Positions 22,388-24,900 of a stretch of 24,900 bases of DNA are shown here, piece by piece. Origin of the DNA: Octopus sinensis (taxonomy: Eukaryota); the NCBI RefSeq assembly GCF_006345805.1, contig NW_021836529.1:1-24900 (forward strand), given 5' to 3'. The notes under the pieces were generated by a model. The model did no database searches, was not told the DNA's origin, and saw nothing but the letters and a program-made list of their open reading frames with translations. Position numbers and translations under genes: made by a program. Numbering within the stretch: the stretch's first letter is position 1; each line of letters starts with the position of its first letter.

Positions 22388-22839
22388 TGTGCATGACGCC
22401 ATGCAGAGGGATTGACTTGTAGTCTTATGGTTTGTAACATTGTAGTCGAGAGATGGAATTAAGGTGGTGGTGGTGGTGGTGGTGGTGGTGGTATTAGTCA
22501 GGTGTATCTGTGACGGGGCGCCGGGGGGGGATGAAACTGACAAGGAATAACAAAAACAAAGCAACAAGAACAAAGAACGAGTCGAAGAGCGAAAGAAAAC
22601 CGACCTGCTAAAAATAGCAGCCAAATCTGCCTCTTTCTTTCTCTCTCCCTCTGTCCCCCTCTCTCTCTCTCTCTCTCTTTCTCTTTCGCTCTCCACTATC
22701 ACACCCAGCTGTTTGAAAATATTTTCATAACATAATGTAGTCCTACAGTTTGTACTCAATGCTAGAAAAAGAAAAGGCGAGGTTGTCAAGACTGGAACGC
22801 TTTTTCTCATAGTCTCCCTCGACAAAGACTTATCTAGAA

Positions 22840-22918
22840 ACAACAAAACTACAAGCAGCAACAACAACAACCACTAACACCACCTACAGTCCCCACCACT
22901 ACCACCACCACCACCACC

Positions 22919-22958
<40 letters not shown>

Positions 22959-22983
22959 TTATTATTATTATTATTATTATTAT
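22840..22983. repeat. Graded trinucleotide array (CAA)-(CCA)-(CTA)-(TTA)
   Basis: Directly visible. Confidence 0.93.
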
Positions 22984-23472
22984 TGAATGAGAGAGCAGTG
23001 CATGCCATCAAAGTGACACTGGGGTAAAATATACGAAGCCCAGTATACCCATCATGACTATCCATCTGATAAGGGTACACCAGGCACATGCATCACAGCC
23101 ATATGTGCACGACTTGGTGATCTCATATCAAGATAAACAGCACATGACCTTGCAGGTGGGGCCCAGTTAGAATTTTCTTCAGGTTGAGTAGCCCATCCCG
23201 CTCAAAAGGTCCCTGAATAAGGGTTGTTTAAGGATGTTGAAAGAACCACCCATGTTTCCAGAGGTGAATTATTCAAACCCCAAAGAATCCCTCTCAACAC
23301 ATGGCTATGATGCTCCCCCACTACTTCTGCTCGTGATCAGAGATGCAGATATCGTCAGCCACCGAGGGACATGGTCAACTGGTTAAGGTCAAACAACTGA
23401 CAAGCAAATCTGTGGTATTTGCTGTAGCCCATCTTTTATACCAAGACAAAACAATGTACATGATAACACTTC

Positions 23473-23473
<1 letters not shown>
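22983..23473 (-). mobile_element. Probable 3' end of a (TAA)n-tailed retroelement, copy 1
   Basis: Highly similar to 23540-23967; flanked by (ATT)n; both copies share the left end and differ at the right end, as expected for 5'-truncated minus-strand insertions. Family not identified. Confidence 0.7.
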
Positions 23474-23537
<64 letters not shown>

Positions 23538-23539
23538 TA

Positions 23540-23962
23540 TTGAGTGAGAGAGCAGTTCATGCCATCAAAGTGACACTGGGGTAAAATATACGAAGCCCAA
23601 TATACCCATCATGACTACCCGTCTGATAAAGGTACACCAGGCACATGCATCACAACCATATGTGCGCGACATGGTGATCTCATATCAAGATAAACAGCAC
23701 ATGACCTTGCAGGTGGGGCCCAGTTAGAATTTTCTTCAGGTTGAGTAGCCCATCCTGCTCAAACGGTCCCTGAATAAGGGTTGTTTAAGGATGTTGAAAG
23801 AACCACGCATGTTTCCAAAGAATCCCTCTCAACACATGGCTATGATGCTCCCCCACTACTTCTGCTCGTGATCAGAGATGCACATATCGTCAGCCACTAA
23901 GGGACATGCTCAACTGGTTACGGTCAAACAACTGACAAGCAAATCTGTGGTATTGAGCAGAA

Positions 23963-23967
<5 letters not shown>
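23540..23967 (-). mobile_element. Probable 3' end of a (TAA)n-tailed retroelement, copy 2
   Basis: As copy 1; shorter at the right end; flanked by (ATT)n. Confidence 0.7.
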
Positions 23968-24012
<45 letters not shown>

Positions 24013-24728
24013 GTTATTAGTATAGCCACAACAGTAACAACAACGTCAACAATAGGAACCAGACTTAACCAATCTGTAGAAACGAGGCAATGAAGCAAAG
24101 AATTCGTTAAACCATTTCTGGCTATTAAAAGGCACCATGAATTTCTTCTACAAGATATATTAATATACTAAGCATGTCTCCCTCTCCCTCTCCCTCTGTC
24201 TGTTTCTCTTTCTCTCTCTATCTCTCTCTTTCTCTGTATCTCTCTCTATTTGTCTCCTAATTTATTTTTCCATCTCGTTCTCTTAATTTCTCTATTTCTC
24301 ATGTAGCGGACATCTTAATTACAGACATCTTCCTGATTGTTTTTGGTATTCTTAGTAAGTTTCCTTCTAAATTCGCAGCGATAAGCTGCGGCAAAATGGC
24401 TGGACAGACGGTAAGAATAAGCACAGACCCTTTATGAAGCAAACAGAATAAAAAAAAAAAAAAAAAAAGAAAAAAACGACAGAAAAGTTAAAATTATATC
24501 ACACGGTATTACTGCTAATGAAGTGATTTGTACAATAGCAATATCTATTTAGTTTCGTATTTATAGCTTTCATAGATAGTAAAATCACCCAAAATTTCGT
24601 TTGATGTGATGGATGTTTATTACATAAAGATATTTAAGACTATTCCAGTGGCTGCGCAGGACAAGAGGAGGAGATGGAGGCAGAAGAGCAACGCAGTAAA
24701 GTTGTGTCTTTGCCATGCTTTTTATTAA

Positions 24729-24888
24729 GGCGGCGAGCTGGCAGAATCGTTGACACATCAGGCGAAATGCCTGGCGGCCATTTTGTGCGATCGTTTTATC
24801 CGAGGTCTTTAAAATACGCACCAATCAAACTCTAGAGTCCCTGAAATTGCTGGCCTTGTGCCAAAATTTCAAGCCGTTAATTGTTATT
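24729..24888 (+). mobile_element. SINE family B, internally deleted and diverged
   Basis: Head ggcggcgagctggcagaatcgtt...ggcgaaatgc; tail gaaattgctggccttgtgccaaaattt shared with ~3316-3345. Confidence 0.75.
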
Positions 24889-24900
24889 CTTCTTCTTCTT

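Larger units (their letters stand above)
19694..22680 (+). repeat. ~1.48-kb direct tandem duplication (copy 1 ~19694-21178, copy 2 ~21179-22680)
   Basis: Unique sequence 19941-21178 recurs at 21427-22660 (offset 1486 falling to 1481); boundaries lie in (CT)n tracts. Confidence 0.97.

Overview
AT-rich, eukaryotic (animal) non-coding DNA, probably intronic or intergenic. The repeat families look like those of octopus/coleoid cephalopods; this is an inference from recalled SINE sequences and was not checked against a database. No confident host gene is present, and almost every ORF in the track is a translation of a microsatellite. The window is a mosaic of very long simple repeats (TA, GT, GATA, ATT, CAT, CT) and mobile elements. 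These comprise at least four tRNA-derived SINE families; a 5'-truncated Penelope-like element (RT + GIY-YIG, Neptune-like Cys linker, 8556-10858) bounded by ~300-bp inverted pseudo-LTR arms carrying a degenerate hammerhead ribozyme and an E2F/CCAAT/E-box/CHR-like module; a decayed RLE-type non-LTR retrotransposon 3' end split by a SINE with a 12-bp TSD; a non-autonomous Helitron; further hammerhead-like repeats; two tandem (TAA)n-tailed retroelement 3' ends; and a ~1.48-kb near-identical tandem duplication. One-base indel patterns suggest long-read consensus errors. I found no convincing wholly new system. The best leads are the hammerhead-like motifs, the PLE architecture and a close inverted SINE pair.
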